Shown here piece by piece: positions 9,605 through 22,055 of a stretch of DNA of 56,803 nucleotides. The translations under genes and the position numbers were made by a program. Each line of letters opens with the position of its first letter. Within the stretch, counting starts at the first letter, position 1. Source of the DNA: Ramlibacter sp. (GTDB lineage: Bacteria; Pseudomonadota; Gammaproteobacteria; Burkholderiales; Burkholderiaceae_C); NCBI RefSeq assembly GCF_013697775.1, contig NZ_JACCWG010000161.1, positions 1-56,803 of the forward strand, in the 5' to 3' direction. Below the pieces are notes generated by a model that made no database searches, was not told where the DNA came from, and saw only the letters and a program-made list of their open reading frames with translations.

Positions 9605-10307
9605 CGAAGTCCAGGTCGCCGGAATAGATGGCGCGCCCGCAGATCACGCCCTCGATGCCTTCGGCTTCCACCGCGCACAGCTTCTCGATGTCGGCCATGT
9701 TGGACAGCCCGCCCGAGGCGATGACCGGGATGCTGAGCGACTGCGCCAGCTTCACCGTGGCCTCGATGTTGATGCCGGTCAGCATGCCGTCGCGGCCGAT
9801 ATCGGTGTAGACGATGGAGTCCACGCCGTAGTCCTCGAACTTGCGCGCGATGTCCACCACCTCGTGGCCGGTGAGCTTGCTCCAGCCGTCGGTGGCGACC
9901 TTGCCGTCCTTGGCGTCCAGCCCCACGATCACGTGGCCGCCGAACGCGGTGCAGGCGTCCTTCAGGAAGCCCGGGTTCTTCACCGCGGCGGTGCCGATGA
10001 TCACGTAGCGCAGCCCGGCGTCGATGTATTTCTCGATGGTGTCCAGGTCGCGGATGCCGCCGCCCAATTGCACCGGGATGTCGTCGCCCACCGCCCGCAG
10101 GATGCTCTTGATCGCCGTCATGTTCTGCGGCTTGCCGGCGAACGCGCCGTTCAGGTCCACCAGATGCAGGCGGCGCGCGCCCCTGGCCAGCCAGTTGCGC
10201 GCCATGGCCGCGGGGTCCTCGCTGAAGATGGTGGCTTGGTCCATGTCGCCCTGTTTGAGGCGCACGCAATGGCCGTCTTTCAGGTCGATCGCTGGTATCA
10301 GAAGCAT
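9567..10307 (-). CDS. hisA: ProFAR isomerase
   Basis: [27 protein letters not shown] and YTDIGRDG. Confidence 0.98.
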   Translation of the reverse strand: MLLIPAIDLKDGHCVRLKQGDMDQATIFSEDPAAMARNWLARGARRLHLVDLNGAFAGKPQNMTAIKSILRAVGDDIPVQLGGGIRDLDTIEKYIDAGLRYVIIGTAAVKNPGFLKDACTAFGGHVIVGLDAKDGKVATDGWSKLTGHEVVDIARKFEDYGVDSIVYTDIGRDGMLTGINIEATVKLAQSLSIPVIASGGLSNMADIEKLCAVEAEGIEGVICGRAIYSGDLDFVKAQERADQLAS

Positions 10308-10343
10308 AAAGGTCGGGCGGGGCAGGAACCCGCAGGGCGAGGG

Positions 10344-10994
10344 TCAGGGCATCCAGTGAAGGAAGTTGCGATAAAGGGCGAGTCCCTGGTCGGCGCTTTT
10401 TTCAGGGTGGAACTGGGTCGCGAAAATATTATCGCGGGCAACCGCGGCGGTAAAGCGGGGGCCGTAATCGGCTTCCCCTACGCTGTGGCGTGCATCCGAC
10501 GGGCGGGCATAGTAACTATGCACGAAGTAGAAGTAGCTACCGTCCGCGACACCGTCCCACAAGGAATGCGGTTGTGCCTGCCAGACCTGGTTCCAGCCCA
10601 TCTGGGGCACCTTGTAGCGGCTGCCGTCGGGCTGAAGCTGCGATTCCAGGTCGAAGCGCAGCACCTCGCCGGGGATCAGCCCCAGCCCATCCGTGGGTCC
10701 TTCGTGGCTGCGGTCCAGCACCATCTGCATGCCCACGCACACGCCGAACAGCGGCTTGGCGGCGGCCGCTTCCAGCACCGATTCCTGCAGGCCGGACTCG
10801 CGCAATTCGCGCATGCAGTCCGGCATGGCGCCCTGCCCCGGCAGCACCACGCGTTCGGCCGCGCGTACTTCCTCGGGGCGCGCCGTCACCACCACCTCGA
10901 AGCCGGTGGCCTGGGCCACATGCCGCACCGCCTGGGACACCGAGAACAGGTTGCCCATGCCGTAGTCCACGACGGCGACGGTCCTGCGGCTCAA
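10344..10994 (-). CDS. hisH: Imidazole glycerol phosphate synthase glutaminase subunit
   Basis: [15 protein letters not shown] and QFHPEKS; TTG start overlapping hisB stop (start inferred). Confidence 0.95.
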   Translation of the reverse strand: MSRRTVAVVDYGMGNLFSVSQAVRHVAQATGFEVVVTARPEEVRAAERVVLPGQGAMPDCMRELRESGLQESVLEAAAAKPLFGVCVGMQMVLDRSHEGPTDGLGLIPGEVLRFDLESQLQPDGSRYKVPQMGWNQVWQAQPHSLWDGVADGSYFYFVHSYYARPSDARHSVGEADYGPRFTAAVARDNIFATQFHPEKSADQGLALYRNFLHWMP

Positions 10995-11614
10995 AGCGAG
11001 CCTTTCGTGGACGGAATGGTGCCGACCGCGCGCGGGTCGATCTCCAGCGCGAAGCGCAGCGCCCGGGCGAACGCCTTGAACACGGTCTCGCACTGGTGGT
11101 GCGCGTTCTCGCCGCGCAGATTGTCGATGTGCAGCGTGACGAAGGCGTGGTTGCAAAAGCCTTGGAAGAATTCGTGCGCCAGCTGGGTGTCGAAGGTGCC
11201 GATCATGCCGCCCTTGAACGGCACGTTCATCACCAGCCCGGGACGGCCGGAGAAGTCGATCACCACGCGCGACAGCGCCTCGTCCAGCGGCACGTAGGCA
11301 TAGCCGTAGCGGCGGATGCCCTTCTTGTCGCCCACCGCCTGCAGGACCGCCTGGCCGAACGTGATGCCCACGTCTTCCACCGTGTGGTGGCCGTCGATGT
11401 GCAGGTCGCCGTCGGCCGCGATGTCCAGGTCGATCAGCCCGTGGCGGGCGATCTGGTCGAGCATGTGGTCGAAAAATCCGATGCCGGTGGCGAGCTTCGC
11501 CTGGCCGGTGCCGTCCAGGTTGACGCGCGCGGTGATCCTGGTCTCCGCGGTGTTGCGGGTGACCTGGGCGATCCTGGGGCCGGCGGCAGTGGAGGTGGCG
11601 ATGTCGGTGGTCAT
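10991..11614 (-). CDS. hisB: Imidazoleglycerol-phosphate dehydratase
   Basis: DHML, HHTVED and NAHHQCE. Confidence 0.97.
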   Translation of the reverse strand: MTTDIATSTAAGPRIAQVTRNTAETRITARVNLDGTGQAKLATGIGFFDHMLDQIARHGLIDLDIAADGDLHIDGHHTVEDVGITFGQAVLQAVGDKKGIRRYGYAYVPLDEALSRVVIDFSGRPGLVMNVPFKGGMIGTFDTQLAHEFFQGFCNHAFVTLHIDNLRGENAHHQCETVFKAFARALRFALEIDPRAVGTIPSTKGSL

Positions 11615-12690
11615 AGCGAGGCTTGCAGGGCCGCCAGCATCTGGGCATTCTCGTCGGCGGTGCCGACGGTCAGGCGCAGGCAGTTGGCCAGCAGCGGGTG
11701 CATTTTAGAAACGTTCTTGACCAGCACGCCGCCGGCCTTCAGGGCCTCGAACGCGCGGTCGGCGTCGGGCAGCCGCACCAGCACCATGTTGGCGTCGCTC
11801 TGCCAGGCTTTCACGCCCGGCAGCGCCGCCAGCGTGCGCTGGATGCCTTCGCGCTCGTGGCGCAGGTCGCGCGCCTGGGCGGCGAACACGGCCTCGTGCT
11901 CCAGCGCGAACAGCGCCGCCTCGGCATTCAGCACGCTGATGTTGTAGGGCGGGCGCACCTTGTCGATTTCGGCCACCAGCGCCTGCGGGCCCATCATGTA
12001 GCCGATGCGCACGCCGGCCAGGCCGAACTTGCTCATGGTGCGCATCAGCAGCACGTGCTCGTGGCGCGCCACGCGGTCGATGTAGCTGCGGCTGGAGAAC
12101 GGCTGGTAGGCCTCGTCGATCACCACGAAGCCGGGTGCGGCGGCGACGACCTTCTCGATCACGGCGTCGTCCCACAGGTTGGCCGTGGGGTTGTTCGGAT
12201 AGGCCAGGTAGACGATGGACGGCTGGTGCTGCTCGATGGCTTCCAGCATGGCGCGCTCGTCCAGTTCGAACTCCGGCGTCAGGTCCACGCCGATGAACTT
12301 CAGGCCCTGCAGCTGCGCGCTCATGCCGTACATGACGAAGCCCGGCAGCGGCGCCAGGATGGAGGCACCCGGCAGGTCGCAGGCCATGGCCAGCAGCGAG
12401 ATCAATTCATCCGACCCGTTGCCCAGCATCAGGCTGAAGCCGGCCGGCATGCGGGCGTGCCTGGCCAGCGCCTCGCGCAGCGCCTGCACGCGCTCGCCGG
12501 GGTAGCGGTTCAGCGCCACTTCGGCCAGCCGCTCGCCGAGAGCACGCCGCAGTTCGGGCGGCAGCCGGTGCGGGTTCTCCATCGCGTCCAGCTTGATCAT
12601 GCCGCGCGCATCCTGCACGGTATAGGCGTGCATCGACTTCACGTCCTGGCGGATGCGGGTGGCGATCAGGGTGTCGAGGCGATTGCTCAT
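11611..12690 (-). CDS. hisC: Histidinol-phosphate aminotransferase
   Basis: GNGSDE, PNNPT, DEAY and RTMSK...GVRIG. Confidence 0.96.
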   Translation of the reverse strand: MSNRLDTLIATRIRQDVKSMHAYTVQDARGMIKLDAMENPHRLPPELRRALGERLAEVALNRYPGERVQALREALARHARMPAGFSLMLGNGSDELISLLAMACDLPGASILAPLPGFVMYGMSAQLQGLKFIGVDLTPEFELDERAMLEAIEQHQPSIVYLAYPNNPTANLWDDAVIEKVVAAAPGFVVIDEAYQPFSSRSYIDRVARHEHVLLMRTMSKFGLAGVRIGYMMGPQALVAEIDKVRPPYNISVLNAEAALFALEHEAVFAAQARDLRHEREGIQRTLAALPGVKAWQSDANMVLVRLPDADRAFEALKAGGVLVKNVSKMHPLLANCLRLTVGTADENAQMLAALQASL

Positions 12691-12723
12691 GCGGTGGATG
12701 CCGGTGGTGGGTCGTCGGGAATG

Positions 12724-14043
12724 TCAGCGCTTCAGGCGCATTTCGGCGGCGCGCGCGTGGGCCTGCAGCCCCTCGCCGTGCGCGAGGATGGAGGCGACCG
12801 CGCCCAGCGTCTGCGCGCCGGCCTCGCTCACCTCGATCAGGCTGCTGCGCTTCTGGAAGTCGTACACGCCCAGCGGGCTGGAAAAACGCGCCGTGCCGCT
12901 GGTGGGCAGCACGTGGTTGGGGCCGGCGCAGTAGTCGCCCAGCGATTCGCTGGTGAAGCTGCCCAGGAAGATGGCGCCGGCATGGCGCAGCTGCGGCTCC
13001 CAGCGCTGCGGCTCGGTGCTGGCGATTTCCAGGTGCTCGGGCGCGATGCGGTTGCTGATGGCGCAGGCCTCGTCCAGCGAGCGCGTGAGGATCAGCGCGC
13101 CACGGCCGTTGAGCGATTTGGCGATGATCTCCGCGCGCGGCATCTCCGGCAGCAGCCGGTCGATGGCGGCCTGCACCTCGTCGATGTAGACAGCGTCGGG
13201 GCACAACAGGATGCTTTGCGCCAGCTCGTCGTGCTCGGCCTGCGAGAACAGGTCCATCGCCACCCAGTCGGCCGGCGTGCTGCCGTCGGCCAGCACCAGG
13301 ATCTCGCTGGGCCCGGCGATCATGTCGATGCCGACCTGGCCGAACACGCGGCGTTTCGCGCTCGCCACGTAGGCGTTGCCCGGGCCGGTGACCTTGTCCA
13401 CGCGCGGCACGGTCTGGGTTCCGTAGGCGAGCGCCGCCACCGCCTGCGCGCCGCCGATGGTGAAGATGCGCGTCACGCCCGCCACGTAGGCGGCGGCCAG
13501 CACCAGCGGGCTCTTCTCGCCGCCCGGCGTGGGCACCACCATGATGATCTCGGGCACGCCGGCCACGTGCGCCGGAATGGCGTTCATCAGCACCGAGGAC
13601 GGATACGCCGCCTTGCCGCCCGGCACGTAGATGCCCACGCGGTCCAGCGGCGTGACCTTCTGGCCCAGCAGCGTGCCGTCGGCATCGCGGTAGCTCCAGC
13701 TTTCGCCGCAGGCCTTCTTCTGCGCCTCGTGGTAGCTGCGCACGCGCACCGCGGCAATCTGCAGCGCCTCGCGCTGCGCGCCGGGCAGCGCGTCGAACGC
13801 CGCCTTCAATTCGTCGGCCCGCAGCTCCAGTTCCGGCAGCGACGCCGCGGCCAGCCGGTCGAAGCGCTGCGTGTACTCCAGCACCGCCGCGTCGCCGCGC
13901 TTGCGCACGTTGGCCAGGATGGATGCCACCGCCTGCTCCACTTCGCCGTCGGTCTCGTCCGACCAGTGCAGGCGCTGCTGCAAGGCGGCATCGAAGCCGG
14001 CGTCGGCGGTGGACAGGCGAAGCGGGCGGGCGGAAAAGGTCAT
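12724..14043 (-). CDS. hisD: Histidinol dehydrogenase
   Basis: GIYVPGG, AGPSE, SQAEH and GPNHVLPT. Confidence 0.98.
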   Translation of the reverse strand: MTFSARPLRLSTADAGFDAALQQRLHWSDETDGEVEQAVASILANVRKRGDAAVLEYTQRFDRLAAASLPELELRADELKAAFDALPGAQREALQIAAVRVRSYHEAQKKACGESWSYRDADGTLLGQKVTPLDRVGIYVPGGKAAYPSSVLMNAIPAHVAGVPEIIMVVPTPGGEKSPLVLAAAYVAGVTRIFTIGGAQAVAALAYGTQTVPRVDKVTGPGNAYVASAKRRVFGQVGIDMIAGPSEILVLADGSTPADWVAMDLFSQAEHDELAQSILLCPDAVYIDEVQAAIDRLLPEMPRAEIIAKSLNGRGALILTRSLDEACAISNRIAPEHLEIASTEPQRWEPQLRHAGAIFLGSFTSESLGDYCAGPNHVLPTSGTARFSSPLGVYDFQKRSSLIEVSEAGAQTLGAVASILAHGEGLQAHARAAEMRLKR

Positions 14044-14061
14044 GGCCTCAACGTCAAGGAT

Positions 14062-14712
14062 TCAACGCTGCGCGGTCGCGGCGGCGAACGCGTCGATCAA
14101 GCGGCGGATCGGCTCCTGTTTGAGCTTGAGCGCGGCCTGGTTCACCACCAGCCGCGAGCTGATGTCCATGATGCGCTCGACTTCCAGCAGGTGGTTGGCC
14201 TTGAGCGTGCCGCCGGTGGACACCAGGTCCACGATGGCGTCGGCCAGGCCGGTGAGAGGTGCCAGTTCCATGCTGCCGTACAGCTTGATCAGGTCCACGT
14301 GCACGCCCTTGGCGGCGAAGAATTCGCGCGCGATGTTCACGTACTTGGTGGCCACGCGCAGGCGCGCGCCCTGGCGCACCGCGCTGGCGTAGTCGAAGTC
14401 GGCGCGCACCGCCACGCTGACCCGGCACTTGGCGATCTTCAGGTCCAGCGGCTGGTACAGGCCGCCGCCGCCGTCCGCGCCGTACTCGATCAGCGTGTCC
14501 AGCCCGGTCACGCCCAGGTCGGCGCCGCCGTACTGCACGTAGGTCGGCACGTCGGTGGCGCGCACGATGACCACGCGCACGTCCGGCAAGTTGGTCGAGA
14601 GGATCAGCTTGCGCGAGGTCTCGGGGTCTTCCAGCACGGCGATGCCGGCCGCTTTCAGCAGCGGCAGGGTCTCGTCGAAGATGCGTCCCTTGGACAGCGC
14701 GAGGGTGATCAT
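14062..14712 (-). CDS. hisG: ATP phosphoribosyltransferase, short form (HisZ-dependent)
   Basis: ALSKGRI, VATKY and [12 protein letters not shown]; 216 aa with no C-terminal regulatory domain. Confidence 0.96.
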   Translation of the reverse strand: MITLALSKGRIFDETLPLLKAAGIAVLEDPETSRKLILSTNLPDVRVVIVRATDVPTYVQYGGADLGVTGLDTLIEYGADGGGGLYQPLDLKIAKCRVSVAVRADFDYASAVRQGARLRVATKYVNIAREFFAAKGVHVDLIKLYGSMELAPLTGLADAIVDLVSTGGTLKANHLLEVERIMDISSRLVVNQAALKLKQEPIRRLIDAFAAATAQR

Positions 14713-14723
14713 CCGTTCTGCTC

Positions 14724-15989
<1,266 letters not shown>

Positions 15990-16026
15990 CGCAATCCAGT
16001 GTGGTTGCCGCCCCGCGGGGCGGCGG

Positions 16027-16278
16027 TCATTCGGGGGTCGACGCCGCCCATTCGGCGGGCGTCATGGTTTTCATCGACAGGGCATGGACCTCGTCGGTGT
16101 GCATTTTCGCACCGAGCGTGACGTAAACGCGCTGGTGGCGCTGGATCGCGCGCTTGCCCTCGAATTCGGGGGAAACGATCACGGCCTGCCAGTGGCGGCC
16201 GTCGCCCTCGACCTCGATGTGGTCGCACTGGAGGCCGGCGGCGATGATGTCGCGCAGTTGGTCGGCGGTCATGGTCAT
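16027..16278 (-). CDS. ibaG: BolA-family protein (IbaG/YrbA-like)
   Basis: GDGRHW...[12 protein letters not shown]...VHALSM; upstream of murA. Confidence 0.88.
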   Translation of the reverse strand: MTMTADQLRDIIAAGLQCDHIEVEGDGRHWQAVIVSPEFEGKRAIQRHQRVYVTLGAKMHTDEVHALSMKTMTPAEWAASTPE

Positions 16279-17030
16279 CCTCTGATCTTGTAGCCGATGC
16301 GCAGCAGGTGCACGGCCACCCCGCCCACCACCAGCATCGCCGTGCCGACGACGCCCAGGCTCAGCCAGGGCGACACGTCGCTCACGCCGAAGAAGCCGTA
16401 GCGGAAGCCGTCGATCATGTAGAAAAACGGGTTGAGGTGGCTCACACCCTGCCAGAACGCGGGCAGCGAATGGATGGAATAGAACACGCCCGACAGGAAC
16501 GTCATGGGCACGATCACGAAATTCTGGAAGGCCGCCATCTGGTCGAACTTCTCGGCCCACAGGCCGGCAACCAAGCCCAGCGCGCCCAGCATGCCGGCGC
16601 CCAGCACGGCGAACACCAGAATCCAAAGCGGCGCGGCGAAGCCCAGCGGGGTGAACCATACGGTGACGAAGAGGACGCCGAGGCCGACCGCCAGCCCGCG
16701 GACCATGGACGAACCCACGTAGGCCACGAACCAGCTCCAGTGCGACAGCGGCGTGACGAGCACGAACACCAGGTTGCCCATGATTTTGCTCTGGATCAGC
16801 GACGACGAGCTGTTGGCGAAGGCGTTCTGCAGCACGCTCATCATCACCAGGCCGGGAACCAGAAAGGCCGTGTACTCGATGCGGTCGTACACCTTCACGT
16901 GCCCTTCCAGCACGTGGCCGAAGATCAGCAGGTACAGCAGCGCCGTGAGCACCGGCGCGGCCACCGTCTGGAAGGCCACCTTCCAGAAGCGCAGCACCTC
17001 CTTGTACAGCAGGGTCTCCCAGCCGGTCAC
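16275..17030 (-). CDS. ABC-2 type permease (YadH-like)
   Basis: LYKEVLRFWK, FLVPGLVMM and FLSGVFYS; GTG overlapping the ATPase stop. Confidence 0.9.
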   Translation of the reverse strand: MTGWETLLYKEVLRFWKVAFQTVAAPVLTALLYLLIFGHVLEGHVKVYDRIEYTAFLVPGLVMMSVLQNAFANSSSSLIQSKIMGNLVFVLVTPLSHWSWFVAYVGSSMVRGLAVGLGVLFVTVWFTPLGFAAPLWILVFAVLGAGMLGALGLVAGLWAEKFDQMAAFQNFVIVPMTFLSGVFYSIHSLPAFWQGVSHLNPFFYMIDGFRYGFFGVSDVSPWLSLGVVGTAMLVVGGVAVHLLRIGYKIRG

Positions 17031-17968
17031 AGGGGCACCTCGGCAGCCATCGCCTCTTGATACGCGCCCCGGTCGGCCATGACGTCCAGGAACACGTCCT
17101 CCAGGTCCGCCTTGCGGACTTCCACGTCCTCGACCCGCAGCCCGGCCTGGCGGATCACGGCCAGGTACTGCTCGATCTCGTGCGCGTCGTGCGCGGGCAA
17201 CTGCACGATGCGGCCGGTGACGCGCGCCTTGCCCTGGAATGCCGCCGGCAGCGCGCCGTCGAGCTTGAAGCGCAGCACGTTGCTGGACGCGGCCTTCAGC
17301 AGGTCGCTGGTGCGCTCCAGCGCCACCACGCGGCCCGCCTTCAGCATGGCGATGCGGCCGCACAGCGCCTCGGCCTCTTCCAGGTAGTGCGTGGTCAGCA
17401 GCACGCTGTGGCCTTCACGGTTCAGCCTGGCGATGAACTGCCACAGGGTCTGGCGCAGCTCCACGTCGACGCCGGCGGTGGGCTCGTCCAGCACGATCAC
17501 CGGCGGGCGGTGCACCAGCGCCTGGGCCACCAGCACGCGGCGCTTCATGCCGCCCGACAGCTGCCGCATGTTGGCGTCGCCCTTGTCGGCCAGGCCCAGG
17601 CTGTGCAGCAGCTCGTCGATCCAGGCGTCGTTCTTGCGAAAGCCGAAGTAGCCCGACTGGATGCGCAGCGCCTCGCGCACCGTGAAGAACGGGTCGAACA
17701 CCAGCTCCTGCGGCACCACGCCCAGCTGCCGGCGCGCCTGCGCGTAATCGGCCTGCACGTCGAAGCCGCGCACGGTGATGCTCCCACCGCTGGCGCGCGC
17801 CAGGCCGGCCAGGATGCTGATGAGGGTGGTCTTGCCGGCGCCGTTCGGGCCGAGCAGCCCGAAGAATTCGCCTTCGGCGATGTCGAAGCTGACGCCGTCG
17901 AGCGCATTGAAGGGACCGCGTGCGCCTGGGTAGATCTTGGAGACGGATTGGAACGAGATCGCGGTCAT
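17027..17968 (-). CDS. ABC transporter ATP-binding protein (YadG-like)
   Basis: GPNGAGKTT, LSGGMKRR and LDEPTAGVD. Confidence 0.93.
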   Translation of the reverse strand: MTAISFQSVSKIYPGARGPFNALDGVSFDIAEGEFFGLLGPNGAGKTTLISILAGLARASGGSITVRGFDVQADYAQARRQLGVVPQELVFDPFFTVREALRIQSGYFGFRKNDAWIDELLHSLGLADKGDANMRQLSGGMKRRVLVAQALVHRPPVIVLDEPTAGVDVELRQTLWQFIARLNREGHSVLLTTHYLEEAEALCGRIAMLKAGRVVALERTSDLLKAASSNVLRFKLDGALPAAFQGKARVTGRIVQLPAHDAHEIEQYLAVIRQAGLRVEDVEVRKADLEDVFLDVMADRGAYQEAMAAEVPL

Positions 17969-18025
17969 GGGAACCGGCCATTCTAGCCAGCGGCACCCGG
18001 CGTCGCCGGGCAGCACGCCAGAGAC

Positions 18026-18316
18026 CTACGGCGCGGACGGCAGCAGGTCGGCCACGCCGTAGAGCATGGCCAGGTCGTGCAGGCGCCGCGGCATGCGGCT
18101 GACCAGCAGGCGCTTGCCGAGCGCCAGCGCCTCGCGCCGGCAGTCCAGCAGCACGGCCAGCGCGGACGAATCGAAGCGCTCCAGGGCCGAGGCGTCGGCC
18201 ACCGCCTGGTCGCCGGGCTGCGCGCGCAGCGCCTGGGCCAGCATGCGGCAGCAGGCGGTCGCCTGCTCGTGCATCAGTTCGGCCGGCAGCACCAGCATGG
18301 CCTGCGCTGGCGCCAT
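18026..18316 (-). CDS. mlaB: STAS-domain protein MlaB
   Basis: ADASALERFDSSALAVLL...L..LA.LYGV; mla context. Confidence 0.85.
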   Translation of the reverse strand: MAPAQAMLVLPAELMHEQATACCRMLAQALRAQPGDQAVADASALERFDSSALAVLLDCRREALALGKRLLVSRMPRRLHDLAMLYGVADLLPSAP

Positions 18317-18319
18317 GCG

Positions 18320-18967
18320 TCAGCCCTTCTTGGCCGGACCCGCGGCGTTGGTCTTGTTGCGCTCGGCCAGCGAGGCGATCAGCCCGTCCACGCCCTTGGC
18401 GTTGATCTCCTGGGCGAACTGGCTGCGGTAGGTATCGACCAGCCACACGCCCAGCACGTTCAGGTTGTAGATCTTCCAGCCGGCCCCCTGGCCGGGCGTC
18501 TTCTCCAGCCGGTAGTCCAACTGGATCGGGTCGCCGCGTCCGCGGACTTCGGTGCGCACGATCACCTCGGTGTCGGCCGGCTCGGCGCGCAGCGGCTTGA
18601 CGCTCACCGTCTGGTCGCTCACCTGCGCCAGCGCGCCCGAATAGGTGCGCACCAGAAGCGTCTTGAATTCGTCCTGCAGGCGCTTTTGCTGCTCCGGCGT
18701 GGCCTGCCGCCAGGCCGGGCCGACCGCCGCGGCGGTCATGCGGCGGAAGTCCACGTTGGGCATGAGCCTGCTGTCCACCACTTGAAGAACACGCTCCAGG
18801 TTGCCGGCCTGCAAAGCCTTGTCGCTGCGGATCTGCTGCAGCACTTCATCGGACAGCCGCTTGATCAGGGCGTCCGGCGCCTCGTCGGCCGCCTGCGCCG
18901 GCACATGCACCATGGCCAGCAGCGCCAGGGAGGCGGCCGCCAGGCGGCCCAGGAATCGTCGGTTCAT
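18320..18967 (-). CDS. mlaC: Periplasmic phospholipid-binding protein MlaC/Ttg2D
   Basis: LLVRTYSGAL, WKIYNLNVLGVWL..YRSQF. Confidence 0.93.
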   Translation of the reverse strand: MNRRFLGRLAAASLALLAMVHVPAQAADEAPDALIKRLSDEVLQQIRSDKALQAGNLERVLQVVDSRLMPNVDFRRMTAAAVGPAWRQATPEQQKRLQDEFKTLLVRTYSGALAQVSDQTVSVKPLRAEPADTEVIVRTEVRGRGDPIQLDYRLEKTPGQGAGWKIYNLNVLGVWLVDTYRSQFAQEINAKGVDGLIASLAERNKTNAAGPAKKG

Positions 18968-19006
18968 TCGCTCACCTTCATTTGTCTTGCACGCAAGCTT
19001 GGGGAT

Positions 19007-19891
19007 TCAACGCGACGGTGCGGCAGGAGCCTGTGGGACGGCGCCCTGTCCGGCCGACGGCGCAGCCCCCGCGGGGACGGCCGGATCGTCTTCGCGCGGC
19101 ACCTGGCCGTCCGTCGGCGACGTCGGCTGCTGGCCGTCCGACGCCGGCAACTGGCCGCTGTCCGGACTGCCGGACGGCGCGGGCTTGTTCTCGAACACCT
19201 GCGCGCGGCGGCGCTGCAGGTGCGCATCGCGCGTGAAGCTGTACTTGTCCAGCGCGGCCTGGTCCAGCACCGAACTGGCGCGCAGCAGGTTGGAGCGCTG
19301 GTCCACGATGCGCAGGCCGTACAGGACTTCGCGCGCCGGGTCGGCGTTCAAGTAGGAAAGCGGGTCGCCCTTGCGGTCGAGCGGCAGTGCCAGCGTGTCG
19401 CGCAGCGTGGAGGGGCCAAGAAACGGCAGCACGATGTACGGGCCGGCAGGCACGCCCCAGCGCCCCAGCGTCTGGCCGAAGTCCTCGCGGTGGCGCTCGA
19501 TGTTCAGCTCGCTGGCCACGTCGATGAGGCCACCAAGGCCGAACAGGGTGTTGACGTTCACCCGCATGAAGTTCTCGGCGGCGTTCTGCAGCTTCAGCTG
19601 CAGCGCGCTGTTGACGGCCGACCAGAGGTCGCTCAGGTTGCCGAAGAAGTTGGCCACGCCGGTGCGGATCAGCGGCGGCACGCCTTCGCGGTAGGCCGTG
19701 GCCACCGGCTTGAGCACCACCGCGTCCACGCCTTCGTTGAAGACCGAGATGTGGCGGTTCATGGGCTCGAACGGGTCGCGCGGATCGGCGTTGGGGCCGG
19801 TGGCGCAGCCCGCCAGGGCCAGGGCGGCCAGCAATGCGGCCGCCGCGGCGCGGTGGGGAACGAGCGGGAAGGCGAGTGGGTTGTACATCAT
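19007..19891 (-). CDS. mlaA: VacJ/MlaA outer-membrane lipoprotein
   Basis: Lipobox LAGC, DPFEPMNR, EDFGQTLG and LPFLGPST. Confidence 0.95.
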   Translation of the reverse strand: MMYNPLAFPLVPHRAAAAALLAALALAGCATGPNADPRDPFEPMNRHISVFNEGVDAVVLKPVATAYREGVPPLIRTGVANFFGNLSDLWSAVNSALQLKLQNAAENFMRVNVNTLFGLGGLIDVASELNIERHREDFGQTLGRWGVPAGPYIVLPFLGPSTLRDTLALPLDRKGDPLSYLNADPAREVLYGLRIVDQRSNLLRASSVLDQAALDKYSFTRDAHLQRRRAQVFENKPAPSGSPDSGQLPASDGQQPTSPTDGQVPREDDPAVPAGAAPSAGQGAVPQAPAAPSR

Positions 19892-20376
19892 TTCTTGGCA
19901 GGCGCCTGCGCCGCGTTGCCGCCGTCGGCGGCCTTGTTGTAGAGGAACTGGCCGATCAGGTTTTCCAGGACGACGGCGGACTGGGTGGAGGCGATGGTAT
20001 CGCCGGCAGCCAAGACCTTTTCGTCGGCCCCGGCTTCGATTCCGATGTACTGCTCGCCCAGCAGGCCGCTGGTGAGGATTTTCAGCGAGCTGTCCTTCGG
20101 AAACCTGTGGCGGCTTTGCAACGCCAGCGTCACGCGGGCTTGGTAGCCCTTGTCGTCGAAGGCGATGGAGTCGACCCGGCCGACCACCACGCCGGCGCTC
20201 TTCACGGCCGCGCGCGCCTTCAGGCCGCCGATGTTGTCGAATTTGCCGACCACCGCGTAGGTGGACTCGAAGTTCAGGCTCAGCAGGTTGGCCGCCTTAA
20301 GCGCCAGGAACACGAGGGCGGCCGCGCCCAGCAGCACGAACAGGCCGACCCAGATGTCATTTTTCGAACGTTCCAT
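19888..20376 (-). CDS. mlaD: MCE-domain protein MlaD
   Basis: FDNIGGLK..AAVKSAGVVVGRV and TSGLLGEQY. Confidence 0.95.
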   Translation of the reverse strand: MERSKNDIWVGLFVLLGAAALVFLALKAANLLSLNFESTYAVVGKFDNIGGLKARAAVKSAGVVVGRVDSIAFDDKGYQARVTLALQSRHRFPKDSSLKILTSGLLGEQYIGIEAGADEKVLAAGDTIASTQSAVVLENLIGQFLYNKAADGGNAAQAPAKK

Positions 20377-20383
20377 ATTTACC

Positions 20384-21163
20384 TCAGAGGCTGAACATCA
20401 TCGCGGTGAGCACGAAGTCCAGGCCCAGCACCACGAGTGAAGCGGTCACCACGGTGCGCGTGGTGGCGCGGGAGACGCCTTCGGGCGTGGGCACCGCCAG
20501 GTAGCCCTGCAGCAGCGCGATGAAGGTCACGGCCACGCCGAACACGAAGCTCTTGATGACGCCGTTGCCGACGTCCTTGAGCACGTCCACGCCGCCCTGC
20601 ATCTGGCTCCAGAAGGCGCCCGGGTCCACCCCGATCAGCAGCACGCCGACAACATAGCCCCCAAGGATGCCGACCGCGCTGAACACCGCCGTCAGCAGCG
20701 GCATGGCGATGACGCCGCCCCAAAAGCGCGGCGCCAGGATGCGCTGCACCGGGTCGACCGCCATCATTTCCATGGCGGAGAGCTGCTCGCCCGCCTTCAT
20801 CAGCCCGATTTCGGCGGTGAGCGCGGTGCCGGCGCGGCCGGCGAACAGCAGCGCCGTGACCACCGGCCCCAGCTCGCGCACCAGGCTCAGGGCCACCAGC
20901 AGCCCCAGCGCCTCGGACGAGCCGTAGCGCTGCAGGGTGTAGTAGCCCTGCAGGCTCAGCACGAAGCCGACGAACAGGCCCGACACCGTGATGATGGCCA
21001 ACGAGTAGTTGCCCAGGAAATGGATCTGGTCGCGCACCAGCCCGAAGCGGCGCAGGCAGGCACCCGACAGCGCCAGCAGGCGCACGAACAGCCGCGACCC
21101 ATAGCCCAGGCCGGCGAGCCGGGAGCGCACCGCGAAGCCGACGGCCGAGGGTCCCCAGCTCAT
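20384..21163 (-). CDS. mlaE: Mla permease MlaE
   Basis: [26 protein letters not shown]. Confidence 0.96.
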   Translation of the reverse strand: MSWGPSAVGFAVRSRLAGLGYGSRLFVRLLALSGACLRRFGLVRDQIHFLGNYSLAIITVSGLFVGFVLSLQGYYTLQRYGSSEALGLLVALSLVRELGPVVTALLFAGRAGTALTAEIGLMKAGEQLSAMEMMAVDPVQRILAPRFWGGVIAMPLLTAVFSAVGILGGYVVGVLLIGVDPGAFWSQMQGGVDVLKDVGNGVIKSFVFGVAVTFIALLQGYLAVPTPEGVSRATTRTVVTASLVVLGLDFVLTAMMFSL

Positions 21164-21975
21164 CGCAGCCCCGCGCTGAAATCCTCGGCCACGCCGGGGC
21201 CGGGGTAGTGGAAGCGCACCGGACCTTCGGGCTCCGCATTCACGAACTGGTGCACCAGCGGATCGGTGGAGCGGCGCATCTCCTCTGGCGTGTCCTGCGC
21301 CGCCACCTTGCCGTTGGCCAGCACGATCACGCGGTCGGCGATGCGGAAGGTTTCCTCCAGGTCGTGCGAGACCACGATGCTGGTGATGCCCAGGGTGTCG
21401 TTCAGGCGGCGGATCAGCTGCGCGGCCGTCCCCAGCGAGATCGGGTCGAGTCCGGCGAACGGCTCGTCGTACATCACCAGGTCAGGGTCGAGTGCAATGG
21501 CCCGCGCCAGCGCCACGCGCCGCGCCATGCCGCCGGAGATTTCGCCGGGCATCAGGTCGCGCGCGCCGCGCAGGCCGACGGCGTTGAGCTTCATCAGCAC
21601 GATGTCGCGCACCAGCGCCTCGGGCAGGCCGGCGTGCTCGCGCAGCGGGAACGCCACGTTGTCGAACACGCTCAGGTCGGTGAACAGGGCGCCGAACTGG
21701 AACAGCATGCCCATGCGGCGCCGGATGGCGTACAGGCTTTTCTGGTCCAGCGTGCCGACCTCCCGGCCGTCGAACAGCAGCGTGCCGCGTGTGGCGCGCA
21801 ATTGGCCGCCGATCAGGCGCAGCACCGTGGTCTTGCCCCCGCCCGACGCGCCCATGAGCGCCGTCACCTTGCCACGGGGCACGGTGAAGCTCACGTCGTC
21901 GAGGATCAGGCGCTGGCCGTAACCGAAGCTCAGGTTGCGGCATTCGACCAGCGCATTCGGGTCGGATTCGGTCAT
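21160..21975 (-). CDS. mlaF: Mla ATPase MlaF
   Basis: [23 protein letters not shown] and [10 protein letters not shown]. Confidence 0.95.
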   Translation of the reverse strand: MTESDPNALVECRNLSFGYGQRLILDDVSFTVPRGKVTALMGASGGGKTTVLRLIGGQLRATRGTLLFDGREVGTLDQKSLYAIRRRMGMLFQFGALFTDLSVFDNVAFPLREHAGLPEALVRDIVLMKLNAVGLRGARDLMPGEISGGMARRVALARAIALDPDLVMYDEPFAGLDPISLGTAAQLIRRLNDTLGITSIVVSHDLEETFRIADRVIVLANGKVAAQDTPEEMRRSTDPLVHQFVNAEPEGPVRFHYPGPGVAEDFSAGLR

Positions 21976-22004
21976 CCAGGGGATTGGGGGGAAACCCTGG
22001 ATGA
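21972..22004. repeat. Perfect 10-bp inverted repeat TCATCCAGGG/CCCTGGATGA covering the mlaF ATG and a candidate -10
   Basis: Arms at 21972-21981 and 21995-22004, read directly from the sequence. Confidence 0.8.
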
Positions 22005-22055
22005 TAAGTCCTTGTTCTACAAAAGACTCTTCGACAGGCGTTAGTTAGCCCAACG

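Noticed and set aside
14062-14712. hisG as a truncated pseudogene
   Set aside because: Short-form HisG is an established type that works with HisZ encoded elsewhere.
19007-19190. Repetitive DGQxP tail of MlaA
   Set aside because: Degenerate low-complexity extension of a kind common in these lipoproteins; no evidence of special function.
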